64,000 nt of DNA from an uncultured Verrucomicrobiae bacterium (GTDB taxonomy: Bacteria; Verrucomicrobiota; Verrucomicrobiia; Limisphaerales; UBA1100): positions 194,631-258,630 of the forward strand of contig CALKBX010000001.1 in NCBI GenBank assembly GCA_937775205.1. The letters run 5' to 3'. This document shows positions 57,271 through 64,000 of this stretch, in pieces; positions within the stretch are counted from its first letter, which is position 1, and the number at the start of each line of letters is the position of its first letter. The position numbers and the translations under genes are program-made. The notes under the pieces are model-generated. The model made no database searches. It saw only the letters and a program-made list of their open reading frames with translations, and was not told the origin of the DNA.

Positions 57271-58419
57271 TCAATACCGCGGCACGCTCGGATCAATTTC
57301 CTCTGCCCACGCGTTGATGCCGCCGGCGACGCTTTTGCAATATTTGAAGCCTTGTTGCTTGAGGAAATCCACCGCTTTGAGAGAGCGCGCGCCCATTTTG
57401 CAGTGGAGATAAATTGTTTGGTTTGGATCTAACTCGGTGAAGCGTTGCGGCAATTCGCTGAGCGGGATCATCGGCACGCCATCGATTTTGGCAATCTCGG
57501 CTTCGTCGTGTTCGCGCACGTCGATCACCGCAATGTCATTGCCCGCCAACGCTTCTTTCATTTGCTGCACGGTGACTTCATCGGGATGCTGTTGCGGATC
57601 ATCCGGTTCAAGACCGATGCCGCAAAACTCTTCGTAATCAATCAACTCCGTGATGGTCGGGTTGTCGCCACAAATCGGGCATTTCGGATCACGGCGCAAT
57701 TTCAGCTCGCGGAATTTCATATCCAGCGCGTTGAAAAGCAAAAGGCGATTCACCAACGGCGAGCCTTTACCGAGAGCGAGTTTCAAAATCTCCGTAGCTT
57801 GAATGCAACCGACGATTCCCGGCAACACACCCAGCACTCCGCCTTCCGCGCAGCTCGGCACCATCCCCGGCGGCGGCGGTTCGGGGTAAAGACAGCGATA
57901 GCACGGTCCGCCCAGTTCCGGCGCGAACACGCTGGCTTGGCCTTCAAACCGAAAAATGGAGCCGTACACGTTTGGTTTCTTTAGCAGCACGCAAGCGTCG
58001 TTGGTCAAATAGCGCGTGGGAAAATTATCCGTGCCGTCCACCACAATGTCATAGGGCGCCATAATTTCCATCACGTTGTCCGCGCTCAATCGCGTTTCGT
58101 GCACCACCACTTCCACCTCGGGATTGATGGAGTTGATGGTCTCTTTGCCCGACTCCACCTTGGGACGCCCCACATCGGCCGTGCCGTGGGCGATCTGCCG
58201 TTGCAGATTTGAAAAATCCACCACATCAAAATCCACGATGCCAATCTTGCCAATGCCCGCCGCGGCGAGATACATCAAGATGGGCGACCCCAGCCCGCCC
58301 GTACCAATGCACAGCACGCTGGTGGCTTTCAGTTTCTTTTGGCCCGCCATGCCCACCTCGGGCAAAATTAGATGCCGCGAGTAGCGGGTAATTTCTTCGT
58401 TGCTCAGTTCCACGCTCAT
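57271..58419 (-). CDS. MoeB/ThiF-type adenylyltransferase with C-terminal rhodanese domain (MoeZ-like)
   Basis: ORF trimmed to ATG 58419: MSVELSNEEITRYSRHLILPEVG...CIGTGGLGSP...CxxC pairs. The rhodanese tail is YLHCKMGARS. Confidence 0.85.
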   Translation of the reverse strand: MSVELSNEEITRYSRHLILPEVGMAGQKKLKATSVLCIGTGGLGSPILMYLAAAGIGKIGIVDFDVVDFSNLQRQIAHGTADVGRPKVESGKETINSINPEVEVVVHETRLSADNVMEIMAPYDIVVDGTDNFPTRYLTNDACVLLKKPNVYGSIFRFEGQASVFAPELGGPCYRCLYPEPPPPGMVPSCAEGGVLGVLPGIVGCIQATEILKLALGKGSPLVNRLLLFNALDMKFRELKLRRDPKCPICGDNPTITELIDYEEFCGIGLEPDDPQQHPDEVTVQQMKEALAGNDIAVIDVREHDEAEIAKIDGVPMIPLSELPQRFTELDPNQTIYLHCKMGARSLKAVDFLKQQGFKYCKSVAGGINAWAEEIDPSVPRY

Positions 58420-58462
58420 TACAAAAATAAAACATGGACAGCCACACGGCTGTCCGGAAACA

Positions 58463-59308
58463 ATGAACCCGCCTGAAGTGAGACGCCAAGTCAATCCGAA
58501 AACCGCCGCTGACACATTACGCCATGCCAGCAAACTCCGCCCGCGCCTGGCCATCGTGCTGGGTAGCGGCTTCCAATCCGTTGCCCAAGCGATGACCGTC
58601 GCCCGTGCCGTGCCCTACGCCAAGCTCACCGGATTCCCCAAACCCACCGTCCCAGGCCACACCGGCAAAGCCCTCATCGGCACGCTCGGTGGCACAGAAA
58701 TCGTGGTGCTCAGCGGCCGCGCGCATTATTACGAAGGGCACTCGCTGGAGACCGTGACCTTCCCCATTCGCGTGTTGGCCGAGTACGGCATCGAAAATAT
58801 TTTACTCACCAACGCCGCCGGGGGTATCGACAAAAAATTCCACGCCGGTGAATTTATGCAATTTACCGACCACCTCAATTTCATCGGCGACAACCCACTG
58901 CGCGGCCCCCTTCCCAAAGGCCGCGAACGATTCATTGATCTCTCGCAAACCTACGACCCCACGCTAAACAAAGCCCTCCAAGCCGCCGCACGCAAAACCA
59001 AAACCAAACTCCATCGCGGCATCTACTGCGCCCTCAGCGGACCCAGTTACGAAACCCCCGCCGAGATTCGCGCCTTCGCCAAGCTCGGTGCCGACGCCGT
59101 GGGAATGAGCACCGTGCCCGAAGCCATCGTCGCCCGCCAATGCGGCTTGCGCGTCGCCGCCATTTCCTGCATCACCAACGCCGCCGCCGGCATCAGCAAA
59201 ACTCCGCTCTCGCATTCGGAAGTTTTGGAGATTGGTGAACAATCCAGCTCACAAGCGGTGAAATTGATCACTGAATTTTCTGCCGGCAAGATGCCGGCAG
59301 CACGATAG
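58463..59308 (+). CDS. Purine nucleoside phosphorylase (PNP/MTAP family)
   Basis: ORF trimmed to ATG 58463. LAIVLGSGF, GHTGKALIGTLGG, GRAHYYEG, TNAAGG and GMSTVPEA motifs are present. Confidence 0.85.
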   Translation: MNPPEVRRQVNPKTAADTLRHASKLRPRLAIVLGSGFQSVAQAMTVARAVPYAKLTGFPKPTVPGHTGKALIGTLGGTEIVVLSGRAHYYEGHSLETVTFPIRVLAEYGIENILLTNAAGGIDKKFHAGEFMQFTDHLNFIGDNPLRGPLPKGRERFIDLSQTYDPTLNKALQAAARKTKTKLHRGIYCALSGPSYETPAEIRAFAKLGADAVGMSTVPEAIVARQCGLRVAAISCITNAAAGISKTPLSHSEVLEIGEQSSSQAVKLITEFSAGKMPAAR

Positions 59309-59312
59309 CACC

Positions 59313-59720
59313 ATGCCACACTCGAAACTCATCCATGCCGCACTCGCCGCCCGCGAACAATCCGTCGCGCCCTATTCCAAATTCAACGTCGGCGCAGCCT
59401 TGCTCACCGCAAGCGGGGAAATCATCAGCGGCGCGAATGTCGAAAGCGCCAGCTACGGCCTCAGCTGCTGCGCCGAACGCGTCGCCCTTTTCAAAGCACT
59501 GACCGACGAATCAAAATACCAACGCAATTTCACCGCCATCGCAATCGCCTCCCCCGGAGGCGCCGCACCTTGTGGCGCGTGCCGCCAACTCCTTGCGGAA
59601 TATGCCGGAGAAGCTGAAGTGATTCTCATCAACAGTGGGTCACCAGAATCACACACCTCCAGCACGATGAGCGCCCTTCTCCCTAACGCCTTCACCGGCG
59701 ATGACCTTCCTGAATCTTAA
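59313..59720 (+). CDS. cdd: Cytidine deaminase
   Basis: 135 aa. The zinc site is CAER...PCGACRQ, and the SKFNVGAAL substrate motif is present. Confidence 0.9.
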   Translation: MPHSKLIHAALAAREQSVAPYSKFNVGAALLTASGEIISGANVESASYGLSCCAERVALFKALTDESKYQRNFTAIAIASPGGAAPCGACRQLLAEYAGEAEVILINSGSPESHTSSTMSALLPNAFTGDDLPES

Positions 59721-60832
59721 ACCTTCTTCAAATTCTTCGGGTTCAGCGGCAGTAAATCTTTCGGCAGGAATAAGCCGTTGTTGCGGATGAGTTCGCCGTC
59801 GAACCAGACTTCGCCGCCGCCCCATTCTTTGCGTTGGATGAGGACCATATCCCAGTGGACAGCGGAGCGATTGCCGTTGTCGCAGTCCTCGTAGGCTTGG
59901 CCGGGGGTGAAGTGGAGTGAACCGGCGATTTTTTCATCGAACAAAATATCGCACATCGGGTTCATCACAAACGGATTGAGGCCAAGCGAAAACTCGCCTA
60001 TGTAGCGCGCGCCGGGGTCAGTATCGAGAATCTCGTTGAGTCGCTTGGTGTTGTTGCTGGTGGCCTTGATGATTTTGCCATCTTTGAATTCCAGCTTCAC
60101 GTTTTCAAACTTGGTGCCGGCGTAGAGCGTGGGGGTGTTGTACTGCAGCGTGCCGTTGACGGAATTTTTTATGGGGCACGAAAACACTTCGCCATCGGGG
60201 ATGTTGCGATCGCCCGCGCACGGGATGGCGGGCATTCCCTTGATGCTGAAACGCAGATCGGTGCCGGGGGCTTTGAGGTGCACGTCCTTGGCTTGGGTCA
60301 TTCGCTTGACGAGCGGTTTCATCGCCTTGGCCATCCGGCCGTAATTGAACGTGCACACGTCAAAATAAAAGTCCTCGAACGCCTCAGTGCTCATATTGGC
60401 CGCTTGCGCCATGCTCGGCGTGGGCCAGCGCAGTACGACCCAGCGGGTTTGGTTGACGCGATAGTTTAGCAGCGGCCGCATGGTTTTGGAATACGCCTGC
60501 ATTACTTTGGGCGGCACGTCGCTGAGTTCGCTGGTGTTTTCCGCGCCGCGAATGGCGATGTAGGCCTGCACTTTTTTCATGCGATACAGCTCCACGTCCT
60601 TCACCATTTTGGCGTGGGCGTCGTTGGAGCCGCGCAAGGATTCGCGCACTACGCGGGATTGGCGCGTTTCCACCAGCGGAATTCCGCCCACTTTGCGAGT
60701 GGCGCGGATGAGGGCGATGGTCATTCGATCAGGAATGTCCGCCACATCGATGAACACCGCCTCGCCTTTTTTCAGTTCGCAGGAATATTCTACCAGCGAT
60801 TTCGCCAGTTTGTCGTATCTTGGGTCACTCAT
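59717..60832 (-). CDS. M29 family aminopeptidase (AmpS/PepS-like)
   Basis: ORF trimmed to ATG 60832: MSDPRYDKLAKSLVEYSCELKKGEAV.... IPDGEVF and HWDMV motifs are present. The ORF-track extension is an Arg/Lys/Cys-rich artefact overlapping mazG. Confidence 0.85.
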   Translation of the reverse strand: MSDPRYDKLAKSLVEYSCELKKGEAVFIDVADIPDRMTIALIRATRKVGGIPLVETRQSRVVRESLRGSNDAHAKMVKDVELYRMKKVQAYIAIRGAENTSELSDVPPKVMQAYSKTMRPLLNYRVNQTRWVVLRWPTPSMAQAANMSTEAFEDFYFDVCTFNYGRMAKAMKPLVKRMTQAKDVHLKAPGTDLRFSIKGMPAIPCAGDRNIPDGEVFSCPIKNSVNGTLQYNTPTLYAGTKFENVKLEFKDGKIIKATSNNTKRLNEILDTDPGARYIGEFSLGLNPFVMNPMCDILFDEKIAGSLHFTPGQAYEDCDNGNRSAVHWDMVLIQRKEWGGGEVWFDGELIRNNGLFLPKDLLPLNPKNLKKV

Positions 60833-60851
60833 AATTTTTGTTAAAATAATC

Positions 60852-61523
60852 TCAGGCGCGCTTTTGTCGAGCCTTCTCCTTTTTGCTTTCCTTTTTACGC
60901 AGCACCTTTTCGTGCCGTGCTGTCTCCGCGCGCAGCAGTGCTTCCGCTTGCCAACCATTCGTCTGCGCGCGTTGGACCAACGCAAACAACTCCTTCGCCA
61001 ACTTCGCCTTCGCCCCACCCTTCCGGCCTTGGGGTAACAGGCCGTGCTTGCGGGCTTTTTTAGTGAGTTCGTGCGCCCGCATCAGCGCCGGCAAATGGCG
61101 CGGGATGCCATCGAAAGCCGAAGTGCGTTCGCGATCGGTGCCGGCTTTTTCAGAAATTTTAATTTTCTCCCACTGTCGCCACACGCCGTCCACGTCTTTT
61201 ACGTCCACATCGCCAAACACGTGCGGATGCCGCCGCACGAGCTTGTCGGCTATGCCTCGCGCAACTTGCTCAAAATCAAACGCCCCGCGCTCCTCGGCCA
61301 TTTGCGCGTGGAACACCACTTGCAACAAAACATCGCCTAACTCCTCGGCCATCTCCACATCATCATCCGCCTCGATGGCATCGACCAATTCGTAAACTTC
61401 CTCGATGGCGTTGAGCCGAATGCTTTTGTGATTTTGCTCTTGATCCCACGGGCAACCATCCGGCGCGCGCAAGCGGGCCATCACGGCGAGCAATTCATCG
61501 ATGGCTTTTTTCTTCTTTGCCAT
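60852..61523 (-). CDS. mazG: MazG nucleoside triphosphate pyrophosphohydrolase (single MazG domain + basic tail)
   Basis: CPWDQEQNHKSI...EEVYELVDAIE...ELGDVLLQVVFHA...LVRRHPHVFG. The C-terminus is lysine-rich. Confidence 0.85.
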   Translation of the reverse strand: MAKKKKAIDELLAVMARLRAPDGCPWDQEQNHKSIRLNAIEEVYELVDAIEADDDVEMAEELGDVLLQVVFHAQMAEERGAFDFEQVARGIADKLVRRHPHVFGDVDVKDVDGVWRQWEKIKISEKAGTDRERTSAFDGIPRHLPALMRAHELTKKARKHGLLPQGRKGGAKAKLAKELFALVQRAQTNGWQAEALLRAETARHEKVLRKKESKKEKARQKRA

Positions 61524-61526
61524 AAA

Positions 61527-62600
61527 CTATAAAATCACAAGGTCATCGCGATGCACCACCACTTTGCCCGCGCTGTTGTTTTCGATTTCCGATTTTGAAA
61601 AGCGCGTGATGCCTTGTGCGAAGCCGGTTCCATTGCTATCACAAATGCGCACCACGTCGCCCGCCGCAAAGTCGCCTTCGCAACGGGCAATGCCCATTTT
61701 GAGCAAGCTTTTCTCGCGTTCGCGCAACGCGGCCTTGGCGCCGTCATCCACCACTAGCGCGCCCTTGGGGTGATGGAAAAAAGCAATCCACCGCTTGCGG
61801 CCTTTGAGTTTATCGCCGCTCGGCACAAAAAGCGTACCCACTTTTTCGCCCGCCAAAACCTTGGTGAGTTGCCCGCGCTTCACGCCATTGGCGATGACCA
61901 TTGGGATCCCCGCGCGACCGGCGATTTGCGCGGCGTCCACTTTGCTCGCCATCCCGCCAATGCTCGTGGCGCTTTGGGTTCCACGCGCGAGGCTGCGAAT
62001 TGTGTCGTCAATTTTTCGCACAGTAGAAATCAGCCGCGCATTGGACTTGCCGAAATTCCGAACGAGGCCATCGGCCGTAGTGAGTTGCACCAATAAATTT
62101 GCCGGCAACAGCGCGACCACTAGCGCGGAGAGCTTGTCGTTGTCGCCCACGGTGAGTTCGTTGAAAGTCACCGCATCGTTTTGATTGATGACCGGCACTA
62201 CGCCGCGATCAAGCAAAGCCATCAAAGTATTGCGCGCGTTGAGGTGCCGATCGTGATCGCGCAAATCATCGTGGGTGAGTAACACCTGCGCGGCTTGCAA
62301 ATCGTGTGTGGCAAAAAGTTCCTCGTAACGCGCCATCAGCCGCGATTGGCCCACGGCCGCGCAAGCCTGTAATTCCGCCAAACGCGATGGCCGTTTTTCG
62401 CAGCCGAGTGCCTCCATCCCGGCGGCGACTGCGCCGGAACTGACGAGCACCATCTCGCGGCCGGCTTTGCGCGCGCGGGCGATTTGGGCGACGAGTTGCT
62501 TGATTCGCGGGGTCGCCAGCCGGTTTCGGGCATCGGTGAGAATGCCGGAACCGAGCTTTACCACCACAAGCGGAGTGTCTTTGAGAAGCTTGGCGCGCAC
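61527..62600 (-). CDS. proB: Glutamate 5-kinase with PUA domain
   Basis: VVKLGSGILT, the VSSGAVAAG motif, INQNDAV and FGDND-like VGDNDKLSALVA are present. The C-terminal PUA-like region is GDVVRICD. GTG start. Confidence 0.9.
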   Translation of the reverse strand: MRAKLLKDTPLVVVKLGSGILTDARNRLATPRIKQLVAQIARARKAGREMVLVSSGAVAAGMEALGCEKRPSRLAELQACAAVGQSRLMARYEELFATHDLQAAQVLLTHDDLRDHDRHLNARNTLMALLDRGVVPVINQNDAVTFNELTVGDNDKLSALVVALLPANLLVQLTTADGLVRNFGKSNARLISTVRKIDDTIRSLARGTQSATSIGGMASKVDAAQIAGRAGIPMVIANGVKRGQLTKVLAGEKVGTLFVPSGDKLKGRKRWIAFFHHPKGALVVDDGAKAALREREKSLLKMGIARCEGDFAAGDVVRICDSNGTGFAQGITRFSKSEIENNSAGKVVVHRDDLVIL

Positions 62601-62673
62601 GCGGGGTTGTTAGCAGAAGGGCCTTGAAGCGTCGAGCATTGACGTCGTGCCGCCGCGCGGGCAATCATCGCGC

Positions 62674-63744
62674 ATGCGCAAGGAATCACTCAACTTTCTG
62701 GAAGAACTCGTCAACACCCCCAGCCCCACCAGCTACGAAACGCGCGGGCAACGGGTGTGGCTCGATTACGTCAGTGAATTTGCCGACGAAGTAGCCCACG
62801 ACGAATACGGCAACTGCGTCGCCACGCTCAACCCCGGCGGCGGCCCACGCATTATGCTGGCGGGGCACGCGGATGAGATCGCGCTTTCGGTCAACTACAT
62901 CGACGACAACGGATTTATTTGGGTGAAACGCATGGGTGGCGTGGACGCCATCGTGAGTAAAGCGCAACGCGTGACCGTGCACAACGCAGCTAGTCCCGTG
63001 CTCGGCGTGGTTGGCAATCCACCGCCGCATATGCAAAAGGTGGATGGCGAGCCGAAGGTGCCAAAGATCCACGACCTTTATATCGACATCGGCTGCGCCA
63101 CGCGCAAGGCCGCCGAGAAGCGCGTGCGCGTTGGCGATCCCATCACGGTAAATCAGAATTTTGAAATGCTGCACGGCGACCTCGCGGTGGGACGCGCCTT
63201 CGATAACCGCATCGGCACGTGGGCCGTGGCGGAGGCATTGCGACTGCTGAAAGGCTCAAAGAAAAAACTCAACGCCGAGATTTGCGCGGTGTCCAATACA
63301 ATGGAAGAAGTCGGCCTGTTTGGCGCGCGGCAGATTGCGTATTCGCTGGACCCCGATGTGGCGTTAGTGGTCGACGTCACGCATGCCACCGATTATCCCG
63401 GCATCAACAAACAAATCCACGGCGACATCAAGATGGGCAAAGGCCCGACGCTGACGCACGGCACGTGCAATCACCCCGCAGTGGTGAAGCGGCTCGAGGC
63501 GGTGGCGAAAAAGGCGCGCATCCCGATCCAGCACGAAACCGTGAGCGCCACCAGCGGCACGGACACCGACGTGATTTTCTGGACGCGCGGCGGCATCCCC
63601 AGCGCGCTCATCAGCCTGCCCAACCGTTACATGCATTCGCCGGTGGAAGTGGTGAACCTGAAAGACCTCGACCAAATCACCAAGCTCATGGCCGGCTTCG
63701 CCGAAAGCGTGAAAGCGGATGATCTGTTTTCGGTGGAGATTTAA
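62674..63744 (+). CDS. M42 family metallopeptidase (glutamyl aminopeptidase/FrvX-like)
   Basis: ORF trimmed to ATG 62674. FLEELVNTPSPTSYE, MLAGHADEI, AFDNRIG, EEVGLFGA and RYMHSPVEV motifs are present. Confidence 0.85.
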   Translation: MRKESLNFLEELVNTPSPTSYETRGQRVWLDYVSEFADEVAHDEYGNCVATLNPGGGPRIMLAGHADEIALSVNYIDDNGFIWVKRMGGVDAIVSKAQRVTVHNAASPVLGVVGNPPPHMQKVDGEPKVPKIHDLYIDIGCATRKAAEKRVRVGDPITVNQNFEMLHGDLAVGRAFDNRIGTWAVAEALRLLKGSKKKLNAEICAVSNTMEEVGLFGARQIAYSLDPDVALVVDVTHATDYPGINKQIHGDIKMGKGPTLTHGTCNHPAVVKRLEAVAKKARIPIQHETVSATSGTDTDVIFWTRGGIPSALISLPNRYMHSPVEVVNLKDLDQITKLMAGFAESVKADDLFSVEI

Positions 63745-64000
63745 TGCCGGGATTTTATTTCGCCAAGCAAAGCTTGCAGCTCGGAAAGAATCTTAGAATT
63801 AAAATCCGCCGCGTTGTTGATATTGCGGGCGCGGATGGTTTTTTTTACGGGCACGGTTTCCGCGCTGCCACCGCGCGAGAGGTCCAACACTTTTACAGAT
63901 TCGACTTCAAGATGGAATTCCCCGATGCGCTCGACTTTTTTATTCATGAACTTCAATTCCTTAATCGGCTTCACCAAAAGATTCCATTTGCCGTTCTTGG
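63741..64000 (-). CDS. Hypothetical protein, probably truncated by the right window edge
   Basis: The minus-strand frame is open from position 64000: KNGKWNLLVKPIKELKFMNKKVERIGEFHLEVESVKVLDLSRGG...GEIKSRH followed by a stop. No recognisable family. It may alternatively start at the internal ATG (MNKKVERIG...). Confidence 0.35.
   Translation of the reverse strand, partial: KNGKWNLLVKPIKELKFMNKKVERIGEFHLEVESVKVLDLSRGGSAETVPVKKTIRARNINNAADFNSKILSELQALLGEIKSRH

Noticed and set aside
60833-61018. Arg/Lys/Cys-rich N-terminal extensions in ORF-track entries. This one belongs to the M29 peptidase. The same applies to lpxB 17147..17380, midA-like 50500..50667, moeB-like 58420..58554, the LacI regulator 51653..52180 and the HEAT protein 45656..45760.
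   Set aside because: The extensions overlap neighbouring genes or promoters and lack conservation. In every case an internal ATG reproduces the canonical family N-terminus or a signal peptide.

Overview
GC-rich bacterial chromosomal segment. Its gene content looks like the PVC superphylum (Verrucomicrobiota/Planctomycetota-like): DUF1549/DUF1553 plus DUF1501 genes, many TAT-signal Gfo/Idh/MocA oxidoreductases, a giant DUF2723 membrane protein and a type II glutamine synthetase. I can support about 55 protein-coding genes, 2 tRNAs (Ala-GGC, Arg-CCG), 1 tRNA fragment, 2 gene relics or disrupted genes, several rho-independent terminators and a few repeats and palindromes. Most genes are housekeeping. 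They include lpxB, gpsA, thrH, glnK-amt-glnII, aspS-grpE-dnaJ-rsmE, ppdK, uvrB, transketolase, tlyA, nadK, nusB-PHP-ftsY-ribD-ribE, moeB-like, PNP, cdd, mazG and proB. I see no CRISPR array, no integrase, transposase or reverse transcriptase, no recognisable defence or toxin-antitoxin cassette and no rRNA. I did not find a convincing new multi-gene system; the window reads as largely ordinary core genome with some scars. Seven observations are worth a second look. (1) A 3.2-kb module lies between an intact tRNA-Arg(CCG) and a divergent displaced copy of its 3' half, and it contains three same-orientation copies of a 26-46 nt promoter-like repeat. (2) A decayed 3' relic of a second, divergent ppdK with its own terminator sits directly behind the intact ppdK. 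(3) aspS is broken by two +1 frameshifts about 26 nt apart, although it heads a tightly coupled operon. (4) A 26-bp perfect inverted repeat lies between hemW and uvrB. (5) rex is embedded between a DUF1549/1553 gene and its usual DUF1501 partner. (6) A fused double siroheme-decarboxylase-like (Lrp/AsnC-type) protein sits next to hemW. (7) The 1572-aa DUF2723 protein has an internal tandem module. Many ORF-track entries are antisense shadows or arginine-rich N-terminal over-extensions, so I trimmed starts where a signal peptide or a conserved N-terminus made the true start clear. All similarity calls come from my own recognition of motifs, not from database searches.
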